Source: an uncultured Chthoniobacterales bacterium
GTDB taxonomy: Bacteria; Verrucomicrobiota; Verrucomicrobiia; Chthoniobacterales; CALDSX01
NCBI GenBank assembly: GCA_937924445.1
Contig: CALDSX010000009.1
Span: 25,141-89,140 of the forward strand
Reading direction: 5' to 3'
DNA: 64,000 nucleotides
Below, piece by piece: positions 29,901-37,372 of the stretch. Each line of letters opens with the position of its first letter. Within the stretch, counting starts at the first letter, position 1. The notes beneath the pieces were generated by a model. That model made no database searches. It had not been told where the DNA came from and worked only from the letters and a program-made list of their open reading frames with translations. The translations under genes were made by a program, and so were the position numbers.

Positions 29901-30115
29901 GAGATCTGTGCCGTCCGCTTCTCCCAAGTTACCGTCGCAAAGGGCTCGGCATCCTCAGGGCAGAACGTTTGTTGAAATTGGAGCTTTTGCCCGGCCAGGG
30001 GAGCTTCGGTTTCTTCTATGATCTCATCGAGGCTCTTTGTTGCCCTCGACTGGTTTGCGGTCGAGAGTCCAGAATAGGCCTTTTGCGGGGGCACGGTTGC
30101 AGTAGTTGTTGTCAT
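26972..30115 (-). CDS. nrdJ: Class II (adenosylcobalamin-dependent) ribonucleotide reductase
   Basis: 1047 aa. Typical long-form NrdJ blocks ([63 protein letters not shown]). C-terminal Cys-rich tail [28 protein letters not shown]. Confidence 0.95.
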   Translation of the reverse strand: [1047 protein letters not shown]

Positions 30116-30361
30116 GTGTCGGATATTGCTTTTCTGAGTTTGATGTTGGCACTCGGTATTTTTTTAAGTTCTGAGAGTTTTGTGGTGCTCATCTATTGCG
30201 CCTTGTGAGGATGGGTGGGGTAGCGAATGAGACAAGCTAGGGATAACTTTGGGAATAACCGGTGAATTGATGTGAGGATTTTTGTTGGCGGTTTGGATTT
30301 ATAGAGGAGAAATGAAGTTAATTTTTTAACAATAAAAGATATGACTGTTGTGAAGAAGAAC

Positions 30362-30409
30362 CCACATCATATGGATGTCTTTATTGCTATCAGACACTAC
30401 AAATTGTGG
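30362..30409. promoter_or_regulatory. Possible tandem NrdR boxes in the nrdJ/gatC divergent region
   Basis: ACACTACAAATTGTGG (30394-30409) matches 12-13 of 16 positions of the NrdR-box consensus acaCwAtATaTwGtgt. A weaker box, CCACATCATATGGATG (30362-30377), matches about 9 of 16. The centres are 32 bp apart, the usual tandem-box spacing. The boxes lie about 250-290 bp upstream of the nrdJ ATG. Confidence 0.3.
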
Positions 30410-30704
30410 CTTTGGTCTGCAAGAAGATTTTTCGCTCTGTTCTGAATTTTAACCCTTGACAGCCGATGGCCACCCCTTTCGCGGTTGCTTTTGCAAGGGG
30501 TTATCGATGGAGTCTCAGTTTTAATGGTGACTGAATTTGTTGGCTCTTTGGTGCAGAATAAGTTTGTTGCATTGTTGGGCGGCCAAATGAACCGATCTTC
30601 CTTCAGCACAAAAATCTGCTTTTAAAATGGAGACGGGTGCGGTTACTTTGGCTCAGCCAGCGCGCAAGTTTTGGATTTTGCGCAATAGTCCCAATAACCG
30701 ACCT

Positions 30705-30992
30705 ATGCTAGACAGCACGATTAACGTCCGTCACCTCGCCCATCTCGCGCGACTTAACCTTACCGAGGAAGAAACCGTGGCATTTGAATCCCAGCTTGGG
30801 CAGGTTCTTAATTACGTAAAGACCCTTGAATTGCTCGATGTTTCAGGCGTTGAACCGACCGCCCACGCGGCCCCTGTGTTTAACGTCTTCCGCGAGGATG
30901 AAATCCGCGAAAGTTTCTCCGAGAGCGAGGCCCTCGCGAATGCACCACGCAAAGCAAACGACCTTTTTATCGTAACCAAAGTTGTCGAATGA
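30705..30992 (+). CDS. gatC: Glutamyl/aspartyl-tRNA amidotransferase subunit C
   Basis: [31 protein letters not shown]...PTAHA is typical GatC. The track ORF opens at 30627. The Met at 30705 gives the usual ~95-aa protein. The stop overlaps the gatA start. Confidence 0.9.
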   Translation: MLDSTINVRHLAHLARLNLTEEETVAFESQLGQVLNYVKTLELLDVSGVEPTAHAAPVFNVFREDEIRESFSESEALANAPRKANDLFIVTKVVE

Positions 30993-32440
30993 GCCAGCTT
31001 CACGAACTCTCGCTTACAGAATTACGCGGCCTCCTTACAGCCAAAAAGACCAGTCCGACGGAGATTATTGACGCCATTGCTTCGCGGGTGGATGCTGTTG
31101 ACCCATCCATCCGGGCTTACGTTTATTTTGACCCCGCGTCGGCGAAAAAACAGGCCGCCAAAGTGGATCTCTCACTCCCGCTCGGAGGCATTCCGGTGGC
31201 AATTAAGGATGTTATTAATGTCAAGGGTGACCAATGTTGTTGTGCCTCGAAAATTCTCGATGGCTACACGGCACCTTATGACGCCACTTCTATACGGGCG
31301 CTGCGCAGTGCAGGAGCGATTCCTCTGGGCCGAACGAACATGGATGAGTTTGCAATGGGTTCTTCGACGGAAAACTCGGCCTTTCAGATCACACGCAATC
31401 CATGGGATACAACGCGCATACCGGGTGGGTCGAGTGGGGGCTCTGCTGCTGTAGTGGCTGCTCGCGAGGCGGTGGCGGCACTCGGTTCCGACACAGGCGG
31501 TTCGATTCGCCAACCTGCCGCGCTTTGCGGTATAGTGGGGCTCAAGCCAACATACGGGCGCGTATCGCGTTATGGCCTTGTGGCGTTTGCTTCATCTCTC
31601 GACCAGATAGGGCCGATGACACGCACGGTCGAAGATGCCGCTCTGATTTTTAAAGCGATTGCAGGGCATGACGAAGCGGATTCGACCTCACTTAACACAC
31701 CGGTTGAGGACCCTTTGCCGCTCCTCAGAACGGGTATCAATGGCCTGCGCGTGGGGTTGCCCAAAGAGTATTTTATTAAAGGAATTGAGCCTGGCGTGGA
31801 GAAAGCTGTGCGAGATGCTATTAAACAGCTCGAATCGCTTGGGGCAGAGATCCACGAGATCTCGCTTCCCCACACGGAGTTCGCGGTTGCCACATATTAC
31901 ATTATCGCCACGGCGGAGGCCTCTGCTAATCTCGCCAGGTTCGATGGCGTGCGCTACGGCCATCGGACCAACCAGGCCGATTCTTTGATTGAGATGTATG
32001 GGCGCACCCGCGAGGAGGGCTTCGGGCCCGAAGTCAAGCGTCGGATCATTCTGGGCACATACGTTCTCAGCAGCGGTTACTACGATGCCTACTACCTCCG
32101 AGCGCAGAAGGTTCGCACGCTCATCCGGCGTGATTTCATAAAGGCTTTCGAGGAGGTGGATGTAATCGCTTGCCCCACCACACCGGGGACTGCCTTCAAA
32201 CTCGGGGAGAAAACCAACGACCCTCTGCAAATGTATCTGGCCGATATTTTCACAATCGCGGCAAATTTAGCTGGCATTTGCGGCTTGAGTCTCCCGTGCG
32301 GGTTCTCGGAGGATTCTGGATCGCGGTTGCCAGTTGGTTTACAACTTCTTGGCGCGCCGCTTGATGAGGCTATGCTGCTTCGCACCGCCTATGCTTACGA
32401 GCAAGCTACTGGTTGGCATAAAGAGACTCCGGCACTTTAA
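30989..32440 (+). CDS. gatA: Glutamyl/aspartyl-tRNA amidotransferase subunit A
   Basis: Amidase signature [13 protein letters not shown]...[13 protein letters not shown]. 483 aa. Translationally coupled to gatC. Confidence 0.97.
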   Translation: MSQLHELSLTELRGLLTAKKTSPTEIIDAIASRVDAVDPSIRAYVYFDPASAKKQAAKVDLSLPLGGIPVAIKDVINVKGDQCCCASKILDGYTAPYDATSIRALRSAGAIPLGRTNMDEFAMGSSTENSAFQITRNPWDTTRIPGGSSGGSAAVVAAREAVAALGSDTGGSIRQPAALCGIVGLKPTYGRVSRYGLVAFASSLDQIGPMTRTVEDAALIFKAIAGHDEADSTSLNTPVEDPLPLLRTGINGLRVGLPKEYFIKGIEPGVEKAVRDAIKQLESLGAEIHEISLPHTEFAVATYYIIATAEASANLARFDGVRYGHRTNQADSLIEMYGRTREEGFGPEVKRRIILGTYVLSSGYYDAYYLRAQKVRTLIRRDFIKAFEEVDVIACPTTPGTAFKLGEKTNDPLQMYLADIFTIAANLAGICGLSLPCGFSEDSGSRLPVGLQLLGAPLDEAMLLRTAYAYEQATGWHKETPAL

Positions 32441-32472
32441 TCTCTGCAAGGTTCTTTGCATTGGAAAGGTCA

Positions 32473-33894
32473 ATGAGCTTACGAATTGAACACGATTCAC
32501 TCGGCCCCGTGGAGGTAGAAAGTAGCGCTCTCTACGGAGCCTCCACGCAGCGCGCTCTGAACATTTTTCCCGTCAGCGGTATTTCTTTGCCGCGCTCTTT
32601 TATTGCCGCGCTCGGATTGGTAAAGCTCGCAGCAGCTCAGGCAAACTGCGAGCTCGGGGTGCTATCGTCGTATAAAGCTGATCTCATTATCCGCGTGGCA
32701 GAAGAGATCATTTGCGGGGATTTAGACGCTCATTTTCCGGTGGACATTTTTCAGACCGGTTCCGGGACCAGCATTAACATGAATGCCAACGAGGTCATTG
32801 CTAACCGCGCGGCGATTCTAGAGGGTAAAGCACCTGGGCGTCGCTGCCCCCTTCATCCAAATGACGATGTCAACCGCGGGCAGTCCAGCAACGACGTCAT
32901 CCCTACCGCTATCCACATTGCGCTGGCCACGGAACTTGCCTCGCGGCTTGGCCCAGAGCTCAAATCGCTCGCGGTCGCTCTGGCCGACAAAGCATCGCAT
33001 TTTTCTGACGTTGTCAAACCGGGACGAACCCATCTTATGGACGCCGCGCCGGTCACCCTCGGTCAGGTCTTCGGTGGTTTTGCGCGGCAGGCGAGAAAAG
33101 CCTCACTTCGTGCTCAAAGAGCCATTTGCACTCTTGAAGAACTTCCCCTAGGAGGAACCGCCGTTGGCACGGGCCTAAATACACACCCGTCATTTGCCGC
33201 AAAAGCTATCGCAATTATTCATGAGCGCACTAAAATCCCCTTTCGTGAGGCTGTAGATCATTTTGAAGCCCAATCGGCAAAAGACGACCTGGCTGAGGTA
33301 GCCGGAAATCTCAAAACGATTGCCATCAGTCTTTACAAAATTGCCAATGACATCCGCTGGCTTGCCTCCGGGCCGAGGTGTGGGCTGGCCGAAATCCGTC
33401 TTCCCGCTCTCCAGCCTGGCAGTTCCATAATGCCCGGCAAGGTCAATCCGGTAATGAGCGAATGTCTGATGCAGGTTTGTGCAGACGTTATCGGCTCGGA
33501 GACGACGGTCTCCTTCGCTGCAAGCCAGGGTAATTTCGAATTAAACACCATGATGCCTCTCATTGCTTACCGATTGCTATCCTCCACGTTGCATCTGGCC
33601 AAAGCGACAGGGCTCTTTTGCCGCAACTGTGTGCAAGGAATCGAAGCTGACGTCTCTCGCTGCCGCGAGATGGTTGAGCAAAGCGCAGCGCTGGCGACCG
33701 CCCTAGTTCCAAGGATTGGGTATGATCGCGCGGCCGAGATCGCAAAAGAAAGCGTTACCACGGGGCGCACCATTCGAGAGATTGTCCTCGAGAGGAAAAT
33801 GTTTGAGCCTTCCGAGCTGGATCGTATCTTCGACCCTGCCGCGATGGCCTTCCCCGATGGACGTCAAAAGCTGACATTTTCTCCTGCCGGTTAA
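32473..33894 (+). CDS. fumC: Class II fumarate hydratase / aspartate ammonia-lyase family enzyme (more FumC-like)
   Basis: GSSIMPGKVNP signature. HPNDDVNRGQSSNDVIPTA and IANDIRWLASGPRCG resemble FumC. NMNANEVIANRA and the C-terminal REIVLERKMF...LDRIF resemble aspartase. Subfamily assignment is therefore tentative. Confidence 0.8.
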   Translation: MSLRIEHDSLGPVEVESSALYGASTQRALNIFPVSGISLPRSFIAALGLVKLAAAQANCELGVLSSYKADLIIRVAEEIICGDLDAHFPVDIFQTGSGTSINMNANEVIANRAAILEGKAPGRRCPLHPNDDVNRGQSSNDVIPTAIHIALATELASRLGPELKSLAVALADKASHFSDVVKPGRTHLMDAAPVTLGQVFGGFARQARKASLRAQRAICTLEELPLGGTAVGTGLNTHPSFAAKAIAIIHERTKIPFREAVDHFEAQSAKDDLAEVAGNLKTIAISLYKIANDIRWLASGPRCGLAEIRLPALQPGSSIMPGKVNPVMSECLMQVCADVIGSETTVSFAASQGNFELNTMMPLIAYRLLSSTLHLAKATGLFCRNCVQGIEADVSRCREMVEQSAALATALVPRIGYDRAAEIAKESVTTGRTIREIVLERKMFEPSELDRIFDPAAMAFPDGRQKLTFSPAG

Positions 33895-34019
33895 GAAATG
33901 CAAACGGCAACCGCGGGGCGACGACACGCGCTTGGGCAACGTCGGGGCGAACACGCCGGGCGATGCAAAAACCAGCTTTTTCTTCCTTACGCCAGGACAA
34001 AGGTCTGCGTTTCGTGCAA

Positions 34020-34049
34020 AGAACAATGGACTTCTCTGAGCGGTCTGCT
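34020..34049 (+). promoter_or_regulatory. Candidate ECF-type (autoregulated) promoter
   Basis: aGAACAAT (34020-34027), 16 nt, then TCTGCT (34044-34049). This resembles the GGAACTT-N16-TCTGA pattern of RpoE-like ECF promoters. It ends only about 15 nt before the ECF sigma ATG, implying a very short leader. Confidence 0.3.
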
Positions 34050-34063
34050 ATAACCGGGCCCAG

Positions 34064-34648
34064 ATGGATTTCGAAAATCTTGATGATGCCGGGCTTGTGG
34101 CCCGAACTCAGGCAGGGGAGCCGAGGGCGTTTGATGAATTGATGCGACGGTTTGCTCCACGCATCTACGGGCTTGTCTATAACATGACCTCGAACCACGA
34201 GGACACAGGCGATTTACTGCAAGAAATTTTCGCAAAGGCCTATCGATCGATTGGCGGTTTTCGGGGGCAATCCAGTTTTTACACCTGGCTTTACACGATC
34301 GCGATAAATATAACTATTAATTTTCTAAAAAAACGCAACCGCCAGCCCAAGATCAGTCTGAACGATCTTGCTCCAAGTGCTTTCAAAGAGGATACATTAA
34401 CTGAGCTTTCGGCCGGCACCGACCCAGTTAAAGAGACGGATCTGGCGGAACTTCAAGTGAGGTTGAACGAAGCTATGCAGAAACTGTCTGAGGAGCATAG
34501 AACAGTGGTGACCCTCTTCGATATTCAAGGACTTCCACACAAAGAAATAGGAAAGATCCTTGGCATTTCCGAAGGAACGGTCCGTTCCAGATTACATTAT
34601 GCACATAAACAACTTCAGATTTATCTGCGAGAATTTCGCCCGAATTGA
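34064..34648 (+). CDS. ECF (group IV) sigma-70 family sigma factor
   Basis: 194 aa. Region 2 (FDELMRRFAPRIYGLVYNMT...DLLQEIFAKAYRSIGGFRGQSSFYTWLYTIAIN). Region 4 HTH (EEHRTVVTLFDIQGLPHKEIGKILGISEGTVRSRLHYA). Confidence 0.9.
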   Translation: MDFENLDDAGLVARTQAGEPRAFDELMRRFAPRIYGLVYNMTSNHEDTGDLLQEIFAKAYRSIGGFRGQSSFYTWLYTIAINITINFLKKRNRQPKISLNDLAPSAFKEDTLTELSAGTDPVKETDLAELQVRLNEAMQKLSEEHRTVVTLFDIQGLPHKEIGKILGISEGTVRSRLHYAHKQLQIYLREFRPN

Positions 34649-34721
34649 GGGCAAGCACTTTCCACTAACTTTCACTTTTCATTTTCGTTAAAACCTCTAA
34701 ATTCCTCAGATTACAGATCTC

Positions 34722-35333
34722 ATGACCGCAAAAAAATTAGCGCCAGACGAAGATCCAATTCTTAATTTCCTACGGCTGAAGCGACATGAAACCCCGACGG
34801 CGGATTATTTTGAAAGATTTATTGAAGAATTTCATCGCCGCCGAAGCCTCGAATTAATCCGTCGTCCCATCTGGAAACTTGCGGTTGACCGCATCTTATC
34901 GCGCCTGATCGATCCCGCCAGAGGATTTGCTCCAAGTCGGCGTGCCACAGTCGGAGCCGCCTTGGCGCTCGCGCTGGTAGCAATCGGGTTTGGCGCCGTC
35001 ACCATCAAACCTTGGCAAACGGGAGCCCGAGAGAGGCTGACAACGCTATTGCGCGGCGGAGAGGCGCAATCCGAACAATTAGCTTTTTCCGAACGCCCTG
35101 GCGTTGATGTTCTCAGTCAGATCAATAAACTCTCTCTCGATCCAAACCTGGATCAAATTTTCCTTGAGGAAAGCCTTGGTGAACGCAAGGTCAGAGCATC
35201 GACCGGAGCTGCATCTATCTCGACCTTGCGCGGGATTGGCAACGGCACCGCCCCGAGGCATGCTCTCTCCGCACCCAGGTATGTCATCGACGTTCGCCCT
35301 GTGAGTCATGACTCCCCGGTGCTAAGCTTTTAA
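34722..35333 (+). CDS. Putative single-pass anti-sigma factor (by position and topology only)
   Basis: 203 aa. About 85-aa cytoplasmic N-terminus, one TM (VGAALALALVAIGFGAVTI), and about 100-aa extracytoplasmic part. It lies immediately downstream of the ECF sigma gene. No HxxxCxxC (ZAS) motif is present. Confidence 0.45.
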   Translation: MTAKKLAPDEDPILNFLRLKRHETPTADYFERFIEEFHRRRSLELIRRPIWKLAVDRILSRLIDPARGFAPSRRATVGAALALALVAIGFGAVTIKPWQTGARERLTTLLRGGEAQSEQLAFSERPGVDVLSQINKLSLDPNLDQIFLEESLGERKVRASTGAASISTLRGIGNGTAPRHALSAPRYVIDVRPVSHDSPVLSF

Positions 35334-35343
35334 CCTCTCTCGC

Positions 35344-36363
35344 GTGCGCTTTTTCCCTTTTCCTCGGTATGTCACTTGCATAATTCTGCTGCTGGCCGGG
35401 CCGCAGAAATGGAGTTCAGCCATCGCGATAACACCCGACCGGCTGGAGCAGATTCGGCAAGAAGCCGCTCATGCAGTTGTGAAAATCGAAGGAACCGACC
35501 GGTTTGGCACCCTCATGGGAACCGGCTTTTTTATAGATGCCACTGGCACTATTGCAACCTCCTACAGCGTCGGGGGCGAAGCGGAAGATCTCTTCGTCAT
35601 CACCGGAGCACTCAAACTACCCGCCCGGCGTCTTGTCGCAGATAAACGTTCAGGGTTGGCTTTTTTAAAAATTGAAGCGATGACGCCCTCCCTCTCTGTT
35701 TACGACGACATGGTACCTGAGGGAACTGAAGTGGCCACTTTTGGCTATCCGATGGGGGGTGAATTGGAGGCGTCTTCAGGGCGTGTGGTGGCTTGTCAGG
35801 TAAGGAGTGGCGATCGTTTTTTTGCCACCACTCACCTTCGTGCCCTCGTCGCAGCACAGCCCGGAATGGGGGGGGCTCCAGTGCTCGATTCTGACGGGCG
35901 AGTTGTCGGTATTGTCATTAGTAAAACCGAGACCTCTCTGGGTTGTTTTGCTTTGCCCGGTAGAGCGATGCTTAAAATTCAGGCGGATCATCTCCGCTTT
36001 GGCGAGGTCCGGCACGCCTGGTTTGGTATTGAGCTGGCCGAGATAGATCTATCTGAAGAAAACCCTCTGGCTCGGGTGGCTGCGTTGACTAGGGGAGGAC
36101 CGAGTGAAAAATGTGGATTATTGCCCGGGGACTTAATCCGCAGAATCGGCTCAACGCCAATCAACTCAGCCTTCGATCTACTCGACGCCACGTTTTTCCT
36201 TGATGTGGGGAGCGCTGTGACTGTAAGAGTGGAGCGCGACGGCAAGCTTAGGGAGTTTGAAGTGGTGGCCGCGAACCATCCTGGATTGAATGTGGCTGAT
36301 TCCGGGCGGAGGTCATCCGGGGTCAACAACCGCGAGATCCGGCCGCTCTCATCGCCCCGGTGA
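35344..36363 (+). CDS. HtrA/DegS-like trypsin-fold + PDZ protein with apparently substituted catalytic triad (pseudoprotease)
   Basis: 339 aa. GTG start and signal/anchor segment. Trypsin-fold blocks align by eye to HtrA. TSYSV stands where TNNHV is expected (His to Ser). SGLAFLKI stands for TDLAVLKI (Asp to Gly). PGMGGAPV stands for PGNSGGPL (Ser to Gly). PDZ-like C-terminus (GLLPGDLIRRIGSTPINS...VTVRVERDGK). Confidence 0.7.
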   Translation: MRFFPFPRYVTCIILLLAGPQKWSSAIAITPDRLEQIRQEAAHAVVKIEGTDRFGTLMGTGFFIDATGTIATSYSVGGEAEDLFVITGALKLPARRLVADKRSGLAFLKIEAMTPSLSVYDDMVPEGTEVATFGYPMGGELEASSGRVVACQVRSGDRFFATTHLRALVAAQPGMGGAPVLDSDGRVVGIVISKTETSLGCFALPGRAMLKIQADHLRFGEVRHAWFGIELAEIDLSEENPLARVAALTRGGPSEKCGLLPGDLIRRIGSTPINSAFDLLDATFFLDVGSAVTVRVERDGKLREFEVVAANHPGLNVADSGRRSSGVNNREIRPLSSPR

Positions 36364-37142
36364 TTATGGTGTCTGTTGAGGAAGCGCACGCTTCGAGCCC
36401 CCAGTTCGAACCCCATTTCAATTTCTCGAACCCTTTTTTTCCGTTTCGAAGCTGTGTTGGCGGCGAAGAGCTTGAACGTCAGGCAGCCCAGTTTGTCGTC
36501 GCACCTGACGCGTTTATAACCTCCGAGCGCCTCATCGAATCCTTCGGAAGAGCTGCCCCCCTAGAGATAGACCTCGGATGCGGTGACGGTCGGTTTCTAT
36601 CTCAGATGGCACGCTGTTACCCCGACAAAAATTTCCTCGGAGTTGAGCGGCAGACGGAGCGTGTGAGAAAAACCGCAAGAAAGGCTGTACTTTTCGGGTG
36701 CCAAAATGTGCGAGTGGTCCAAACTGAGATTTTATCTTTTATCCGCTCCCTGTTACCATACGGTTCCGTTTTACGCATTCATGTTCTTTTCCCTGATCCC
36801 TGGCCGAAGAGGCGGCACAGCAAAAAGAGGCTTCTTTGTCCTGCCTTTTTTGAGGCCGCAGCAGCAGCACTTGCTCCCGGAGGTGAGGTGAGAGTTAAAA
36901 CAGATTGCGCGAGATATTTTCAAGAAGCTGTCTGCGCAGCGGGGCAGTGCGTTCTTTTGGAGCAGGTGGAATGGGTTGAGCTAAACCCTCCGATCCACAC
37001 CACCTTTGAAACCCGATTTCTTTCGGAAGGTCTTCCTCTCTTTGCTGCGCGATGGAAAAGGGCGGATGAGAGGATATTTAAACGCAATGGGGCTGATTTG
37101 GCCGAAAATCACTTGAACATGGGAAGAAAGTTACCAGAATAA
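36360..37142 (+). CDS. trmB: tRNA (guanine46-N7)-methyltransferase
   Basis: LEIDLGCGDGRFL SAM-binding motif, FLGVE, and IHVLFPDPWPKRRHSKKRL. The start overlaps the upstream stop by 4 nt. Confidence 0.92.
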   Translation: MIMVSVEEAHASSPQFEPHFNFSNPFFPFRSCVGGEELERQAAQFVVAPDAFITSERLIESFGRAAPLEIDLGCGDGRFLSQMARCYPDKNFLGVERQTERVRKTARKAVLFGCQNVRVVQTEILSFIRSLLPYGSVLRIHVLFPDPWPKRRHSKKRLLCPAFFEAAAAALAPGGEVRVKTDCARYFQEAVCAAGQCVLLEQVEWVELNPPIHTTFETRFLSEGLPLFAARWKRADERIFKRNGADLAENHLNMGRKLPE

Positions 37143-37165
37143 GAAAAACTTATTTTAGTCGTGTC

Positions 37166-37280
37166 ATGACATTCTGGCTCTCGATCGTTGTTCAAATTTT
37201 TACAAATCCAATCTTGAACCAGGTTTCGCTACCAGATAAATCTTCAGCGGCATCGAACAATAACCGAGTCAGAATGTCAT
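37166..37280. repeat. 11-bp perfect inverted repeat pair (ATGACATTCTG ... CAGAATGTCAT) separated by 93 nt
   Basis: Read directly: 37166-37176 and 37270-37280, in the trmB-mutA spacer. No flanking target-site duplication is visible. Confidence 0.6.
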
Positions 37281-37372
37281 TATGGAACCTCCTGTACCAC
37301 AAAGAAGTGGAGTGGCAGGTTACATCAAATGAGTCATAACCAGCAAAATAAAAACCCTCAACAGACAAATTT

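Noticed and set aside
26972-30115. A possible intein in the 1047-aa NrdJ.
   Set aside because: The conserved RNR blocks are contiguous. I found no Cys/Ser-initiated insertion ending in His-Asn followed by Cys/Ser/Thr. The length is within the range of long-form NrdJ proteins.
30116-30626. A cobalamin riboswitch upstream of nrdJ, and likewise upstream of mutA at 37143-37372.
   Set aside because: I could not find the conserved B12-box or GCCACTG core on either strand. B12 riboswitches normally repress B12-independent isozymes or transport genes, not AdoCbl-dependent enzymes.
33755-34198. Minus-strand ORFs (147 aa, 107 aa, 82 aa) spanning the lyase/ECF sigma spacer.
   Set aside because: They overlap the 3' end of the lyase gene and the 5' end of the ECF sigma gene in antisense. 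They are Arg/Pro-rich and lack motifs.
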